Assembly: GCA_964016885.1 (NCBI GenBank)
Contig: OZ024744.1
Coordinates: forward strand, 24,862,001 to 24,926,000
DNA length: 64,000 nt
Direction: 5' to 3'
Source of the DNA: Eledone cirrhosa
Taxonomy: Eukaryota
Under the pieces are notes generated by a model that did no database searches, was not told where the DNA came from, and worked only from the letters and a program-made list of their open reading frames with translations. Position numbers and translations under genes: made by a program. Numbering within the stretch: position 1 is the stretch's first letter; each line of letters begins with the position of its first letter. Positions 25,031 through 39,430 of the stretch are shown piece after piece.

Positions 25031-25232
25031 AGGATTGGCAGAATCGGTAGAGCATCGGACAAGATATTTAGCGACATAGAGTTACGTCTCTTTACGTTCT
25101 GAGTTTAGCTTTGCCTTTCATCCTTACGGGGTCGATAAAATAAAGTACCAGTCACGTACTGGGATCGATTTAATCGACTTTCTCCTACCCCACAAAATGT
25201 TCACCTTATTCCTAAATCAGAAACCATTATTT
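25031..25232 (+). mobile_element. SINE family A, longer variant with internal deletion of the B-box region
   Basis: TTGGCAGAATCGGTAGAGC...CTTTGCCTTTCATCCTTACGGGGTCGATAAAATAAAGTACCAG...CAGAAACCATTATT. Confidence 0.85.
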
Positions 25233-26096
25233 AGCCTTTGGTCAGGGCTGGTTGGAAAAACTAATGATCAACGCTTTTTTAGCTATGACCATCGCGTTTC
25301 TTTGCAGGAAACGAGTGCTTCGGACTACCTTATCCAACATGTCCTCTATTACGATGGTGAGCTGTCACTTGTGGAAGACTCAGCTATTATTTGTAGCAGG
25401 TCAAGTGACCATGTAGAAGTTTCTTCGCTGGTTTGTATACCACGTTATACTACAATATTCACCGTACTGTTCACGTATACTGTTCACACTGTGTTCATTT
25501 GACTGTTCACTGCACATTGATCGGTATAGATTGTTCTCATCGAATGTTTGCCAGAAAGTCTATATCATACCTCATCCACTACACAGTGTTCACTATGCAT
25601 GATCATCATTCAACGTTCACCTCATACAGTTCAATACCAATTCTTAACTACAAGTCGTTTATCTGGCAATGTTCACCGAATATTGATCTACACATAACAA
25701 TCACCAGCCACTATTCATCACACATGGTTCACACCCATCGTTCACTGCATAAACTTTGACATCTGTTGTTCAGTACATCCTGCTCATCTGGCAGTGTTCA
25801 TCAAACATCATTCACCATATGGCGATCATCACCTACTGTTCACCGCACAAAATATTCATTTGGCAGCCCCCCCCCTCACAACCACCGTCGCCACCACTCC
25901 ACCCTCACAACCACCACCACCATCACATCACCCTCACAACCACCGACAGCCATCACCACCACCATCACCACCACTAACACCACCACCACCATCGCATTAT
26001 TTCCATGTCGTCCGTGTTACAGTGTTTTAAATATTTACTTAGTCTCAATGCGTCTGTTAATATACACCACACACTTTAATCAACATCAATTTACAT

Positions 26097-26283
26097 GGGT
26101 TGGCAGTATCGGTAGAGGGTCGGGCGCCATGCTTTGCGAGGACAGTTACATCCCTTTACGGTCAGAGTTCAAATCCCGCTGAGGTTGACTTTGCCGTTCA
26201 TCCTTACGGGGGTCGATAAAATAAAGTACCAGTAATGTACTGATGTAATAGCTGGCGTTGTGCCTAATGTAGAAACAATTATT
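26097..26283 (+). mobile_element. SINE family A copy just upstream of the 24-bp satellite
   Basis: TTGGCAGTATCGGTAGAGGGTCGG...GAGTTCAAATCCCGC...GTAGAAACAATTATT; closely similar to the 33190 copy. Confidence 0.9.
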
Positions 26284-26330
26284 TTACATCTAATTCCAAT
26301 GTCTCTTATCAGTCTTACCTTTTATAGCTA

Positions 26331-29300
26331 CTTCTAGCTCTCATTCTTCCATTCCTTCAATTTCTCATTCTTTCATTCCTTCTAGCTCTCATTCATTCAT
26401 TCCTTCTATTTCTCATTCTTTCATTCCTTCTAGCTGTCATTCTTTCATTCCTTCTATTTCTCATTCTTTCATTCCTTCTATTTCTCATTCTTTCAATCCT
26501 TCTAGGTCTCATTCTTTCATACCTTCTATTTCTCATTCTTTCATTCCTTCTAGCTCTCATTCTTTCATTCCTTCTAGCTCTCATTCTTTCTTTCCTTCCA
26601 GCTCTCATTATTTCATTCCTTCTAGCTCTCATTCTTTCATTCCTTCTATTTCTCACTCTTTCATTCCTTCTAGTTCTCATTCTTCCATTCCTTCTATTTC
26701 TTATTCTTTCATTCCTTCTATTTCTCATTCTTTCAATCCTTCTAGCTCTCATTCTTTCATTCCTTCTATTTCTCATTCTTTCATTCCTTCTAGCTCTCAT
26801 TCTTCCATTCCTTCTATTTCTCATTCTTTCATTCCTTCTATTTCTCATTCTTTCATTCCTTCTAGCTCTCATTCTTTCATTCCTTCTATTTCTCATTCTT
26901 TCATTCCTTCTATTTCTCATTCTTTCATTCCTTCTAGCTCTCATTCTTTCATTCCTTCTATTTCTCATTCCTTCTTTCCTTCTATTTCTCATTCTTTCAT
27001 TCCTTAGATTTCTCATTCTTTCATTCCTTAGGTTTCTCATTCTTTCATTCCTTCTAGCTCTCATTCCTTCGAGCTCTCATTCTTTCATTCCTTCTAGCTC
27101 TCATTCTTTCATTCCTTCTATTTCTCATTCTTTCATTCCTTCTAGCTCTCATTCTTTCATTCCTTCTATTTCTCATTCTTTCCTTCCTTCTATTTCTCAT
27201 TCTTTCATTCCTTAGATTTCTCATTCTTTCATTCCTTCTAGCTCTCATTCTTTCATTCCTTCTATTTCTCATTCTTTCATTCCTTCTATTTCTCATTCTT
27301 TCATTCCTTCTAGCTCTCATTCTTTCTTTCCTTCCAGCTCTCATTCTTTCATTCCTTCTAGCTCTCATTCTTTCATTCCTTCTATTTCTCACTCTTTCAT
27401 TCCTTCTAGTTCTCATTCTTCCATTCCTTCTATTTCTTATTCTTTCATTCCTTCTATTTCTCATTCTTTCAATCCTTCTAGCTCTCATTCTTCCTTTCCT
27501 TCTATTTCTCATTCTTTCATTCCTTCTATTTCTCATTCTTTCATTCCTTCTAGCTCTCATTCTTTCATTCCTTCTATTTCTCATTCTTTCATTCCTTAGA
27601 TTTCTCATTCTTTCATTCCTTAGGTTTCTCATTCTTTCATTCCTTCTAGCTCTCATTCTTTCATTCCTTCTATTTCTCATTCTTTCATTCCTTCTAGCTC
27701 TCATTCTTTCATTCCTTCTATTTCTCATTCTTTCCTTCCTTCTATTTCTCATTCTTTCATTCCTTAGATTTCTCATTCTTTCATTCCTTCTAGCTCTCAT
27801 TCTTTCATTCCTTCTATTTCTCATTCTTTCCTTCCTTCTATTTCTCATTCTTTCATTCCTTCTATTTCTCATTCTTTCATTCCTTCTAGCTCTCATTCTT
27901 CCATTCCTTCTATTTCTCATTCTTTCATTCCTTCTATTTCTCATTCTTTCATTCCTTCTAGCTCTCATTCTTTCATTCCTTCTATTTCTCATTCTTTCAT
28001 TCCTTCTATTTCTCATTCTTTCATTCCTTCTAGCTCTCATTCTTTCATTCCTTCTATTTCTCATTCCTTCTTTCCTTCTATTTCTCATTCTTTCATTCCT
28101 TAGATTTCTCATTCTTTCATTCCTTAGGTTTCTCATTCTTTCATTCCTTCTAGCTCTCATTCCTTCTAGATCTCATTCTTTCATTCCTTCTAGCTCTCAT
28201 TCTTTCATTCCTTCTATTTCTCATTCTTTCATTCCTTCTAGCTCTCATTCTTTCATTCCTTCTATTTCTCATTCTTTCCTTCCTTCTATTTCTCATTCTT
28301 TCATTCCTTAGATTTCTCATTCTTTCATTCCTTCTAGCTCTCATTCCTTCTAGCTCTCATTCTTTCATTCCTTATATTTCTCATTCTTTAATTCCTTCTA
28401 TTTCTCATTCTTTCATTCCTTCTATTTCTCATTCTTTCATTCCTTCTATTTCTCATTCTTTCATTCCTTCTATCTCTCATTTTTTCTTTACTTCTAGCTC
28501 TCATTCTTTCATTCCTTCTATTTTTCAATCTTTCATTTCTTCGATTTCTCATTCTTTCATTCCTTCTAGCTCTCATTCTTTCATTCCTTCTAGCTCTCAT
28601 TCTTTCATTCTTTCTATTTCTGATAATTTCATTCCTTCTATTTCTAATTCTTTCATTCCCTCTATTTCTCATTCTTTCATTCCTTCCATCTCTCATTCTT
28701 TCATTCCTTCTAGCTCTCATTCCTTCTAGCTCTCATTCTTTCATTCCTTCTATTTCTCATTCTTTCATTCCTTCTATTTCTCATTCTTTCATCCCTTCTA
28801 GCTCTCACTCTTTCATTCCTTCTAGCTCACACTCTTTCATTCCTTCTATTTCTCATTCTTTCATTCCTTCTGTCTCTCTCTCTTTCATTCCTTCTACCTC
28901 TCATTCTTTCTTTCCTTCTAGCTCTCATTCTTTCCTTCCTTCTATTTTTCATTCTTTCATTCCTTAGATTTCTCATTCTTTCATTCCAACTAGCTCTCAT
29001 TCTTTCATTCTAGCTCTCATTCTTCTATCTCTCATTTTTTCTTTTCTTCTAGCTCTCATTCTTTCATTCCTTCTATTTCTCATTCTTTCATTTATTCGAT
29101 TTCTCATTCTTTCATTCCTTCTAGCTCTCATTCTTTCATTCCTTCTATTTCTCATTCTTTCTTTCCTTCCATTTCTCATTCTTTCATTCCTTCTATTTCT
29201 CATTCTTTCATTCCTTCTATTTCTCATTCTTTCATTCCTTCTATTCTCATTCTTTCAGTCCTTCTAGCTCTCACTCTTTCATTCCTTCTATTTCTCATTC

Positions 29301-32300
29301 TTTAATTCCTTCTAGCTCTCATTCTTTCATTCCTTCTAGGTCTCACTCTTTCATTCCTTCTATTTCTCATTCTTTCATTACTTCTGTCTCTCACTATTTC
29401 ATTCCTTCTATCTGTCATTCTTTATTTCCTTCTAGCTCTCATTCTTTCATTCCTTCTATTTCTCATTCTTTCATTCCTTCTAGCTCTCATTCTTTCTTTC
29501 CTTCCAGCTCTCATTCTTTCATTCCTTCTAGCTCTCATTCTTTCATTCCTTCTATTTCTCACTCTTTCAGTCCTTCTAGTTCTCATTCTTCCATTCCTTC
29601 TATTTCTTATTCTTTCATTCCTTCTATTTCTCATTCTTTCAATCCTTCTAGCTCTCATTCTTCCATTCCTTCTATTTCTCATTCCTTCTTTCCTTCTATT
29701 TCTCATTCTTTCATTTCAAAGATTTCTCATTCTTTCATTCCTTGTAGCTCTCATTCCTTCTAGCTCTCATTCTTTCATTCCTTCTATTTCTCATTCTTTA
29801 ATTCCTTCTATTTCTAATTCTTTCATTCCTTCTAGCTCTCATTCTTTCATTCCTTCTATTTCTCATTCTTTCATTCCTTCTATCTCTCATTTTTTCTTTC
29901 CTTCTAGCTCTCATTCTTTCATTCCTTCTATTTCTCATTCTTTCATTTCTTCGATTTCTCATTCTTTCATTCCTTCTAGCTCTCATTCTTTCATTCCTTC
30001 TAGCTCTCATTCTTTCATTCTTTCTATTTCTGATACTTTCATTCCTTCTATTTCTAATTCTTTCATTCCCTCTATTTCTCATTCTTTCATTCCTTCCATC
30101 TCTCATTCTTTCATTCCTTCTAGCTCTCATTCTTTCATTCCTTCTATTTCTCATTCTTTCATTCCTTCTATTTCTCATTCTTTCATCTCTTCTAGCTCTC
30201 ACTCTTTCATTCCTTCTAGCTCACACTCTTTCATTCCTTCTATTTCTCATTCTTTCATTCCTTCTGTCTCTCACTCTTTCATTCCTTCTACCTCTCATTC
30301 TTTCTTTACTTCTAGCTCTCATTCTTTCCTTCCTTCTATTTCTCATTCTTTCATTCCTTAGATTTCTCATTCTTTCATTCCAACTAGCTCTCATTCTTTC
30401 ATTCTAGCTCTCATTCTTCTATCTCTCATTTTTTTCTTTCCTTCTAGCTCTCATTCTTTCATTCCTTCTATTTCTCATTCTTTCATTTATTCGATTTCTC
30501 ATTCTTTCATTCCTTCTAGCTCTCATTCTTTCATTCCTTCTATTTCTCATTCTTTCATTCATTCTATTCGCATTCTTTCATTCCTTTCTATTTATCATTC
30601 TTTCATTCCTTCTATTTCTCATTCTTTCATTCCTTCTAGCTCTCACTCTTTCATTCCTTCTATTTCTCATTCTTTAATTCCTTCTAGCTCTCATTCTTTC
30701 ATTCCTTCTAGGTCTCACTCTTTCATTCCTTCTATTTCTCATTCTTTCATTCCTTCTGTCTCTGACTATTTCATTCCTTCTATCTCTCATTCTTTATTTC
30801 CTTCTCGCTCTCATTCTTTCATTCCTTCTAGCTCTAAATCTTTCATTTCTTCGATTTCTCATTATTTGATTACTTCTATTTCTCATTCTTTCATGCCTTC
30901 TATTTCTCATTCTTTCGTTCCTTCTATTTCTCATTCTTTCATTCCTTATAGCTCTCATTCTTTCATTCCTTCTAGCTCTCATTCTTTCATTCCTTCTAGC
31001 TCTCATTCTTTCATCCTCTATTTCTCATTCTTTCATTCCTTCTAGCTCTCATTCTTTCATTACTTCTAGCTCTCATTCTTTCATTCCTTAGATTTCTCAT
31101 TCTTTCATTCCTTCTTGCTCTCATTCTTTCATTCCTTCTAGCCCTCATTCTTTCATTCCTTCTAGCTCTCATTCTTTCATTCCTTCTATTTCTCATTCTT
31201 TCATTCCTTCTATTTCTCATTCTTTCATTCTTTCTAGCTCTCATTCTTTCATTCCTTCTAGCTCTCATTCTTTCATTCCTTAGATTTTTCATTCTTTCAT
31301 TCCTTCTTGCTCTCATTCTTTCATTCCTTCTATTTCTCATTCTTTCATTCCTTCTATTTCTCATTCTTTCATTCCTTCTTGCTCTCATTATTTCATTCCT
31401 TCTATTTCACATTCTTTCATTCCTTCTATTTCTCATTCTTTCGTTCCTTCTAGCTCTCATTCTGTCATTCCTTCTAGCTGTCATTCTTTCATTCCTTCTA
31501 TTTCTCATTCTTTCATTCCTTCTATTTCTCATTCTTTCATTCCTTCTAGATCTCATTCTTCCATTCCTTCTATTTCTCATTCTTTCATTCCTTAGATTTC
31601 TCATTCTTTCATTCCTTCTAGCTCTCATTCCTTCTAGCTCTCATTCTTTCATTCCTTCTAGCTCTCATTCTTTCATTCCTTCTATTTCTCATTCTTTCAT
31701 TCCTTCTAGCTGTCATTCTTTCATTCCTTCTATTTCTCATTCTTTCATTCCTTCTATTTCTCATTCTTTCATTCCTTCTATTTCTCATTCTTTCATTCCT
31801 TCTATTTCTCATTCTTTCATTCCTTCTAGCCCTCATTATTTCATTCCTTCTAGCTCTCATTCTTACATTCCTTCTATTTCTCATTCTTTCATTTCTTCTA
31901 GCTCTCATTCTTTCATTCCTTCTATTTCTCATTCTTTGCTTCCTTCTATTTCTCATTCTTTCATTCCTTCTCTTTCTCATTCTTTCATTCCTTCTATTTC
32001 TCATTCTTTCATTCCTTCTATTTCGCATTCTTTCATTCCTTCTAGCCCTCATTCTTTCATTCCTTCTGTTTCTCATTCTTTCGTTCCTTCTATTTCTCAT
32101 TCTTTCATTCCTTCTAGCTCTCATTCTTTCATTCCTTCTAGCTCTCATTCTTTCATTCGTTCTATTTCTCATTGTTCATTCCTTCTAGCTCACATTCTTT
32201 CATTCCTTCTGGCTCTCATTCTTTCATTCCTGCTCTCATTATTTCATTCCTTCTATTTCTCATTCTTTCATTCCTTCTATTCTCATTCTTTCATTCCTTC

Positions 32301-35300
32301 TATTCCTCATTTTTTCATTCCTTCTATTTCTCATTCTTTCCTTCCTTCTAGCTCTAATTATTTCATTCCTTCTAGCACTCATTCTTTCAATCCTTCTAGC
32401 TCTCATTCTTTCATTCCTTCAAACTCTCATTCTTTCATTCCTTCTAGCTCTCATTATTTCATTCCTTCTATTCCTCATTTTTTCATTCCTTCTATTTCTC
32501 ATTCTTTCCTTCCTTCTAGCTCTAATTATTTCATTCCTTCTAGCACTCATTCTTTCAATCCTTCTAGCTCTCATTCTTTCATTCCTTCTATTTCTCATTC
32601 TTTCATTCCTTCTAGCTTTTATTCTTTCATTCCTTCTATTTCACATTCTTTCATTCCTTCTATTTCTCTTTCTTTCATTCCTTCTTTTTCTCATTCTTTC
32701 ATTCCTCATATTTCTCATTCTTTCATTTCTTCTAGCTTACATTCTTTCATTCCTTCTATTTTTCATTCTTTCATTCCGTCTATTTCTCATTCGTTCTTTC
32801 CTTCTAGCTTACATTCTTTCATTCCTTCTATTTCTAATTCTTTCATTCCTCCTAGCTCTGATTTTTCATTCATTCTATTTCTCATTCTTTCGTTCCTTCT
32901 ATTTCTCATTCTTTCATCCCTTCTAGCTCTCATTCTTTCATTCCTTCTAGCTCTCACTCTTTCATTCCTTCTAGCTCTCATTCTTTCATTCATTCTATAT
33001 CACATTATTTCATTCCTTCTAGCTCTCATTCTGTCATTACTTCTATTTCTCATTCTTTCATTGCTTCTAAATCTCATTCTTTCATTCCTTCTATTTCTCC
33101 TTCTTTCATTCCTTCTAGCTCTCATTCTTTCATTCCTTCTATTTCTAATTCTTTCATTCCTTCTATTTCTCATTATTTCATTCCTTCTAAAGGGCGGTGA
33201 ATTGGCAGTATCGGTAGAGGGTCGGACGCCATGCTTTGACGCATAGAGTTACGGCCCTTGCTATTCTGAGTTCAAATCCCGCCGAGGTTAACTTTGCCTT
33301 TCATCCTTACGGGGTCGATAAAATAAAGTACCAGTAATGTACTGGGTAATCGCTGGCCTTGTGCCAAAAAGTAGAAACAATTATTTCATTCCTTCTAGCT
33401 CTCATTCTTTCATTCCTTCTAATTCTCGTTATTTCGTTCCTTCTAGCTCTCATTCTTTCATTCTTTCTATTTCTCATTATTTCGTTCCTTCTAGCTCTCA
33501 TTCTTTCATTCATTCTATTTCTCATTCTTTCATTCCTTCTACCTCTTATTCTTTCATTCCTCCTGGGTCTCATTCTTTCATTCCTTCTATTTCTCATTCT
33601 TTCATTCCTTCTAACTCTCATTCTTTCTTTCCTTCTAGCTCTCATTATTTCTTTTCTTCTATTCTCATTCTTTCATTCCTTCTATTTGTCATACTTTCAT
33701 TCCTTCTATTTCTAATTCTTTCATTCCCTCTATTTCTCATTCTTTCATTCCTTCTAGCTCTCATTCTTTCATTCCTTTAGCTCTCATTCTTTCAATCCTT
33801 CTATTTCTCATTCTTTCATTCCTTCTCTTTCTCATTCTTTCATTCCTTCTATTTCTCATTCTTTCATTCCTTCTATTTCGCATTCTTTCATTCCTTCTAG
33901 CCACCATTCTTTCATTCCTTCTATTTCTCATTCTTTCATTCCTTCTATTTCTCATTCTTTCATTCCCTCTATTTCTCATTCGTTCTTTCCTTCTAGCTTA
34001 CATTCTTTCATTCCTTCTATTTCTAATTCTTTCATTCCTCCTAGCTCTGATTTTTCATTCCTTCTAGCTCTCATTCTTACATTCCTTCTATTTCTCATTC
34101 TTTCATTCCTTCTAGCTCTCATTCTTTCATTCCTTCTATTTCTCATTCTTTGCTTCCTTCTATTTCTCATTCTTTCATTCCTTCTCTTTCTCATTCTTTC
34201 ATTCCTTCTATTTCTCATTCTTTCATTCCTTCTATTTCGCATTCTTTCATTCCTTCTAGCCCCCATTCTTTCATTCCTTCTCTTTCTCATTCTTTCATTC
34301 CTTCTATTTCTCATTCTTTCATTCCTTCTATTTCGCATTCTTTCATTCCTTCTAGCCCCCATTCTTTCATTCCTTCTATTTCTCATTCTTTCATTCCTTC
34401 TATTTCTCATTCTTTCATTCCTTCTAGCTCTCATTCTTTCATTTCTTCTAGCTCTCATTCTTTCATTCCTTCTATTTCTCATTCTTTCATTCCTTCTAGC
34501 TCTCATTCTTTCATTCCTTCTAGCTCTCATTCTTTCATTCCTTCTAGCTCTCATTCTTTCATTCCTTCTAGCTCTCATTATTTCATTCCTTCTATTTCTC
34601 ATTCTTTCATTCCTTCTATTCTCATTCTTTCATTCCTTCTATTTCTCCTTCTTTCATTCCTTCTATTTCTCATTCTTTCATTCCTTCAAACGCTTATTAT
34701 TTCATTCCTTCTAGCTCTCATTATTTCATTCCTTCTATTTCTCATTCTTTCATTCCTTCTAGCTGTCATTCTTTCATTCCTTCTATATCTCATTCTTTCA
34801 TTCCTTCTATTTCTTTTTCTTTCATTCCTTCTGTTTCTCATTATTTCATCCCTTATATTTCTCATTCTTTCATTTCTTCTAGCTTACATTCTTTTATTCC
34901 TTCTATTTTTCATTCTTTCATTCCTTCTAGCTATCATTCTTTCATCCCTTCTAGCTGTCATTCTTTCATTCCGTCTATTTCTCATTCGTTCTTTCCTTCT
35001 AGCTTACATTCTTTCATTCCTTCTATTTCTCATTCTTTCATTCCTTCTAGCTCTCATTCTTTCATTACGTCTATTTCTCATTCTTTCATTCCTTCTAGCT
35101 CTCATTCTTTCATCCCTTCTAGCTCTCATTCTTTCATTCCTTCTAGCTCTCACTCTTTTATTCCTTCTAGCTCTCATTCATTCATTCATTCTATATCTCA
35201 TTATTTCATTCCTTCTAGCTCTCATTCTGTCATTACTTATATTTCTCATTCTTTCATTCCTTCTATTTCTCATTCTTTCAATTCTTCTATTTCTCCTTCT

Positions 35301-38300
35301 TTCATTCCTTCTATTTCTCATTCTTTCATTTCTTCTAGCTCTCATTCTTTCATTCCTTCTATTACTAATTCTTTCATTCCTTCTATTTCTCATTATTTCA
35401 TTCCTTCTAGCTCACATTCTTTCATTTCTTCTAATTCTCGTTATTTCGTTCCTTCTAGCTCTTATTCTTTCATTCTTTCTATTTCTCATTATTTCGTTCC
35501 TTCTAGCTCTCATTTTTTCATTCCTTCTATTTCTCATTCTTTCTTTCCTTCTAGCTCTCATTATTTCATTCCTTCTATTCTCATTCATTCATTCCTTCTA
35601 GTTCTCATTATTTTATTCCTTCTATTTCCCATTCTTTCATTCCTTCTAGCTCTCATTCTTTCATTCCTTCTATTTCTCATTCTTTCATTCCTTCTATTTC
35701 TCATTCTTTTATTCCTTCTATTTCTCATTATTTCATTCATTCTAGCTCTCACTCTTTCATTCCTTGTAGCTCTCATTCTTTCATTCCTTCTTGCTCTCAT
35801 TCTTTCATTCTTTCTATTACTCATTCTTTCATTCCTTCTATTTCTCATTATTCCATTCCTTCTATTTCTCTTTCTTTCATTCCTTCTGGCTCTCATTCTT
35901 TCATTCCTTCTAGCTCTCATTCTTTCATTCCTTCTATTTCTCATTCTTTCATTCCTTCTATTTCTCATTCTTTCATTACTTCTAGCTCTCATTCTTTCAT
36001 TCCTTCTATTTCTCATTCTTTCATTCCTTCTAGCTATCATTCTTTCATTCCTTCTAGCTCTCACTCTTTCATTCCTTCTATTTCTCATTCTTTCATTCCT
36101 TCTGTTTCTCACACTTTCATTCCTTTTAGCTCACATTCTTTCATTCCTTCTATTTCTCATTCTTTCATTCCTTCTATCTCTCATTCTTTCTTTCCTTCTA
36201 GCTCTCATTCTTTCATTCCTTCTATTTCTCATTCTTTCATTCCTTCTAGCTCTCACTCTTTCATTCCTTCTATTTCTCATTCTTTCATTCCTTCTGTTTC
36301 TCACACTTTCATTCCTTTTAGCTCACATTCTTTCATTCCTTCTATTTCTCATTCTTTCATTCCTTCTATCTCTCATTCTTTCTTTCCTTCTAGCTCTCAT
36401 TCTTTCATTCCTTCTATTTCTCATTCTTTCATTCCTTCTAGCTCTCATTCTTTCATTCCTTCTATTTCTCATTCTTTCATTTCTTCGATTTTTCATTATT
36501 TCATTCCTTCTATTTCTCATTCTTTCATTCCTTTTATTTCTAATTCTTTCATTCCCTCTATTTCTCATTCTTTCATTCCTTCTAGCTCTCATTCTTTCAT
36601 TCCTTCTAGCTCTCATTCTTTCATTCCTTCTATTTCTCATTATTTCATTCCATCTATTTCTCATTCTTTCATTCCTTCTATTTCGCATTCTTTCATTCCT
36701 TCTTGCTATCATTCTTTCATTCCTTCTATTTCTCATTCTTTCATTCCTTCTATTTCTCATTCTTTCATTCGTTCTATTTCCCATTCTTTCATTCTTTCTA
36801 GCTCTCGTTCTTTCAATCCTTCTATTTCTCATTCTTTCATTCATTCTAGCTCTCATTCTTTCATTCCTTCTATTTCTCATTCTTTCAGTCCTTCTATTTC
36901 TCATGCTTTCATTCCTTCTATTGCTTATTCTTTCCTTCCTTCTAGCTCTCATTCTTTTATTCCTTCTATTTCTCATTATTTCGTTCCTTCTAGCTCTCAT
37001 TCTTTCATTCCTTCTATTTCTCATTATTTCATTCCTTCTAACTCTCATTCTTTCTTTCCTTCTAGCTCTCATTATTTCATTCCTTCTATTCTCATTCATT
37101 TATTCCTTCTAGCTCTCATTCTTTTATTCCTTCTATTTCTCATTATTTCGTTCCTTCTAGCTCTCATTCTTTCATTCCTTCTATTTCTCATTCTTTCATT
37201 CCTTCTACCTCTTATTCTTTCATTCCTTCTGGGTCTCATTCTTTCATTCCTTCTATTTCTCATTATTTCATTCCTTCTAACTCTCATTCTTTCTTTCCTT
37301 CTAGCTCTCATTATTTCATTCCTTCTATTCTCATTCATTTATTCCTTCTAGCTCTCATTATTTTATTCCTTCTATTTCCCATTCTTTCATTCCTTCTAGC
37401 TCTCATTCTTTCATTCCTTCTATTTCTCATTCTTTCATTCCTTCTATGTCTGATTCTTTCATTCCTTCTATTTCTCATTCTTTCATTCATTCTAGCTCTC
37501 ACTCTTTCATTCCTTCTAGCTCTCACTCTTTCATTCCTTCTATTTCTCATTCTTTCATTCCTTCTAGCTCTCATTCTTTCATCCCTTCTAGATCTCATTC
37601 TTCCATTCCTTCTAGCTCTCATTCTTTCATTCCTTCTATTTCTCCTTCTTTCATTCCTTCTTGCTCTCATTCTTTCATTCCTTCTATTAATCATTCTTTC
37701 ATTCCTTCTATTTCTCATTCTTTCATTCCTTCTATTTCTCTTTCTTTCATTCCTTCTGGCTCTCATTCTTTCATTCCTTCTAGCTCTCATTCTTTCATTC
37801 CTTCTATTTCTCATTCTTTCATTCCTTCTATTTCTCATTCTTTCATTACTTCTAGCTTTCATTCTTTCATTCCTTCTATTTATCATTCTTTCATTCCTTC
37901 TAGCTATCATTCTGTCATTCCTTCTAGCTCTCACTCTATCATTCCTTCCATTTCTCATTCTTTCATTCCTTTTTTTTTTCACACTTTCATTCCTTTTAGC
38001 TCACATTCTTTCATTCCTTCTATCTCTCATTCTTTCTTTCCTTCTAGCTCTCATTCTTTCATTCCTTCTAGCTCTATTTCTTTCATTCCTTCTATTTCTC
38101 ATTCTTTCATTTCTTCGATTTTTCATTATTTCATTCCTTCTATTTCTCATTCTTTCATTCCTTCTATTTCTAATTCTTTCATTCCTTCTATTTCTCATTC
38201 TTTCATTCCTTCTAGCTCTCATTCTTTCATTCCTTCTATTTCTCATTATTTCATTCCATCTATTTCTCATTCTTTCATTCCTTCTATTTCGCATTCTTTC

Positions 38301-39430
38301 ATTCCTTCTTGCTATCATTCTTTCATTCCTTCTATTTCTCATTCTTTCATTCCTTCTATTTCTCATTCTTTCATTCGTTCTATTTCCCATTCTTTCATTC
38401 TTTCTAGCTCTCGTTCTTTCAATCCTTCTATTTCTCATTCTTTCATTCATTCTAGCTCTCATTCTCTCATTCCTTCTATTTCTCATTCTTTCAGTCCTTC
38501 TATTTCTCATGCTTTCATTCCTTCTATTTCTTATTCTTTCCTTCCTTCTAGCTCTCATTCTTTCATTCCTTCTATTACTTATTCTTTCATTCCTTCTATT
38601 TCTCATTATTTCATTCCTTCTATTTCTCATTCTTTCATTCCTTCTAGCTCTCATTCTTTCATTCCTTCTATTTCTCACTCTTTCATTCCTTCTATTTCTC
38701 ATTCTTTCATTCCTTCTAGCTCTCATTCTTTCATTCCTTCTATCTCTCATTCTTTCATTCCTTCTAGCTCTCATTCTTTCATTCCTTCTAGCTCTCATTC
38801 TTTCATTCCTTCTAGCTCTCATTCTTTCATTCCTCATAGCTCTCATTCTTTCATTCCTTCTATTTCTCACTCTTTCATTGCTTCTATTTCTCATTCTTTC
38901 ATTCCTTCTAGCTCTCATTCTTTCATTCCTTCTATCTCTCATTCTTTCATTCCTTCTAGCTCTCATTCTTTCATTCCTTCTAGCTCTCATTCTTTCATTC
39001 CTTCTAGCTCTCATTCTTTCATTCCTTCTAGCTCTCATTCTTTCATTCCTACTAGCTCTCATTCTTTCATTTCTTCTAGCTCTCATTCTTTCATTCCTTC
39101 TAGCTCTCACTCTTTCAATCCTTCTATTTCTCATTCTTTCATTCCTCCTGTTTCTCATTATTTCATTCCTTCTAGCTCTCATTCTTTCATTCCTTCTATT
39201 TCTCATTCTTTCATTCCTTCTAGCTCTCATTCTTTCAGTCCTTCTATTTCTCATTCTTTCATTCCTTCTAGCTCTCATTCTTTCTATTTCTCTTTCTTTC
39301 ATTCATTCTAGCTCTCATTCTTTCATTCCTTCTAGCTCTCATTCTTTCAGTCCTGCTATTTCTAATTCTTTCCTTTTTTATAGCTCTCATTCTTTAATTC
39401 CCTTTATCACTCATTCCATCTAGCTCTCAT
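26331..39430. repeat. 24-bp satellite (~13 kb), CATTCTTTCATTCCTTCTA[GC/TT]TCT
   Basis: 8-aa periodic translations (MRARRNER/MRNRRNER); two dominant variants; pyrimidine-rich plus strand. Confidence 0.98.
33190..33379 (+). mobile_element. Full-length SINE family A inserted in the satellite with an 18-bp TSD
   Basis: ATTATTTCATTCCTTCTA at 33172-33189 and 33380-33397 (minor ATTATTTC variant on both sides); A-box TGGCAGTATCGG, B-box GTTCAAATC. Confidence 0.92.

Noticed and set aside
26393-39423. Long Arg-rich (MRNRRNER) and Ser/His/Phe-rich ORFs up to 621 aa, superficially protamine-like or membrane-like
   Set aside because: They follow from a 24-bp unit lacking stops in some frames; frames break at random and there is no unique coding sequence.
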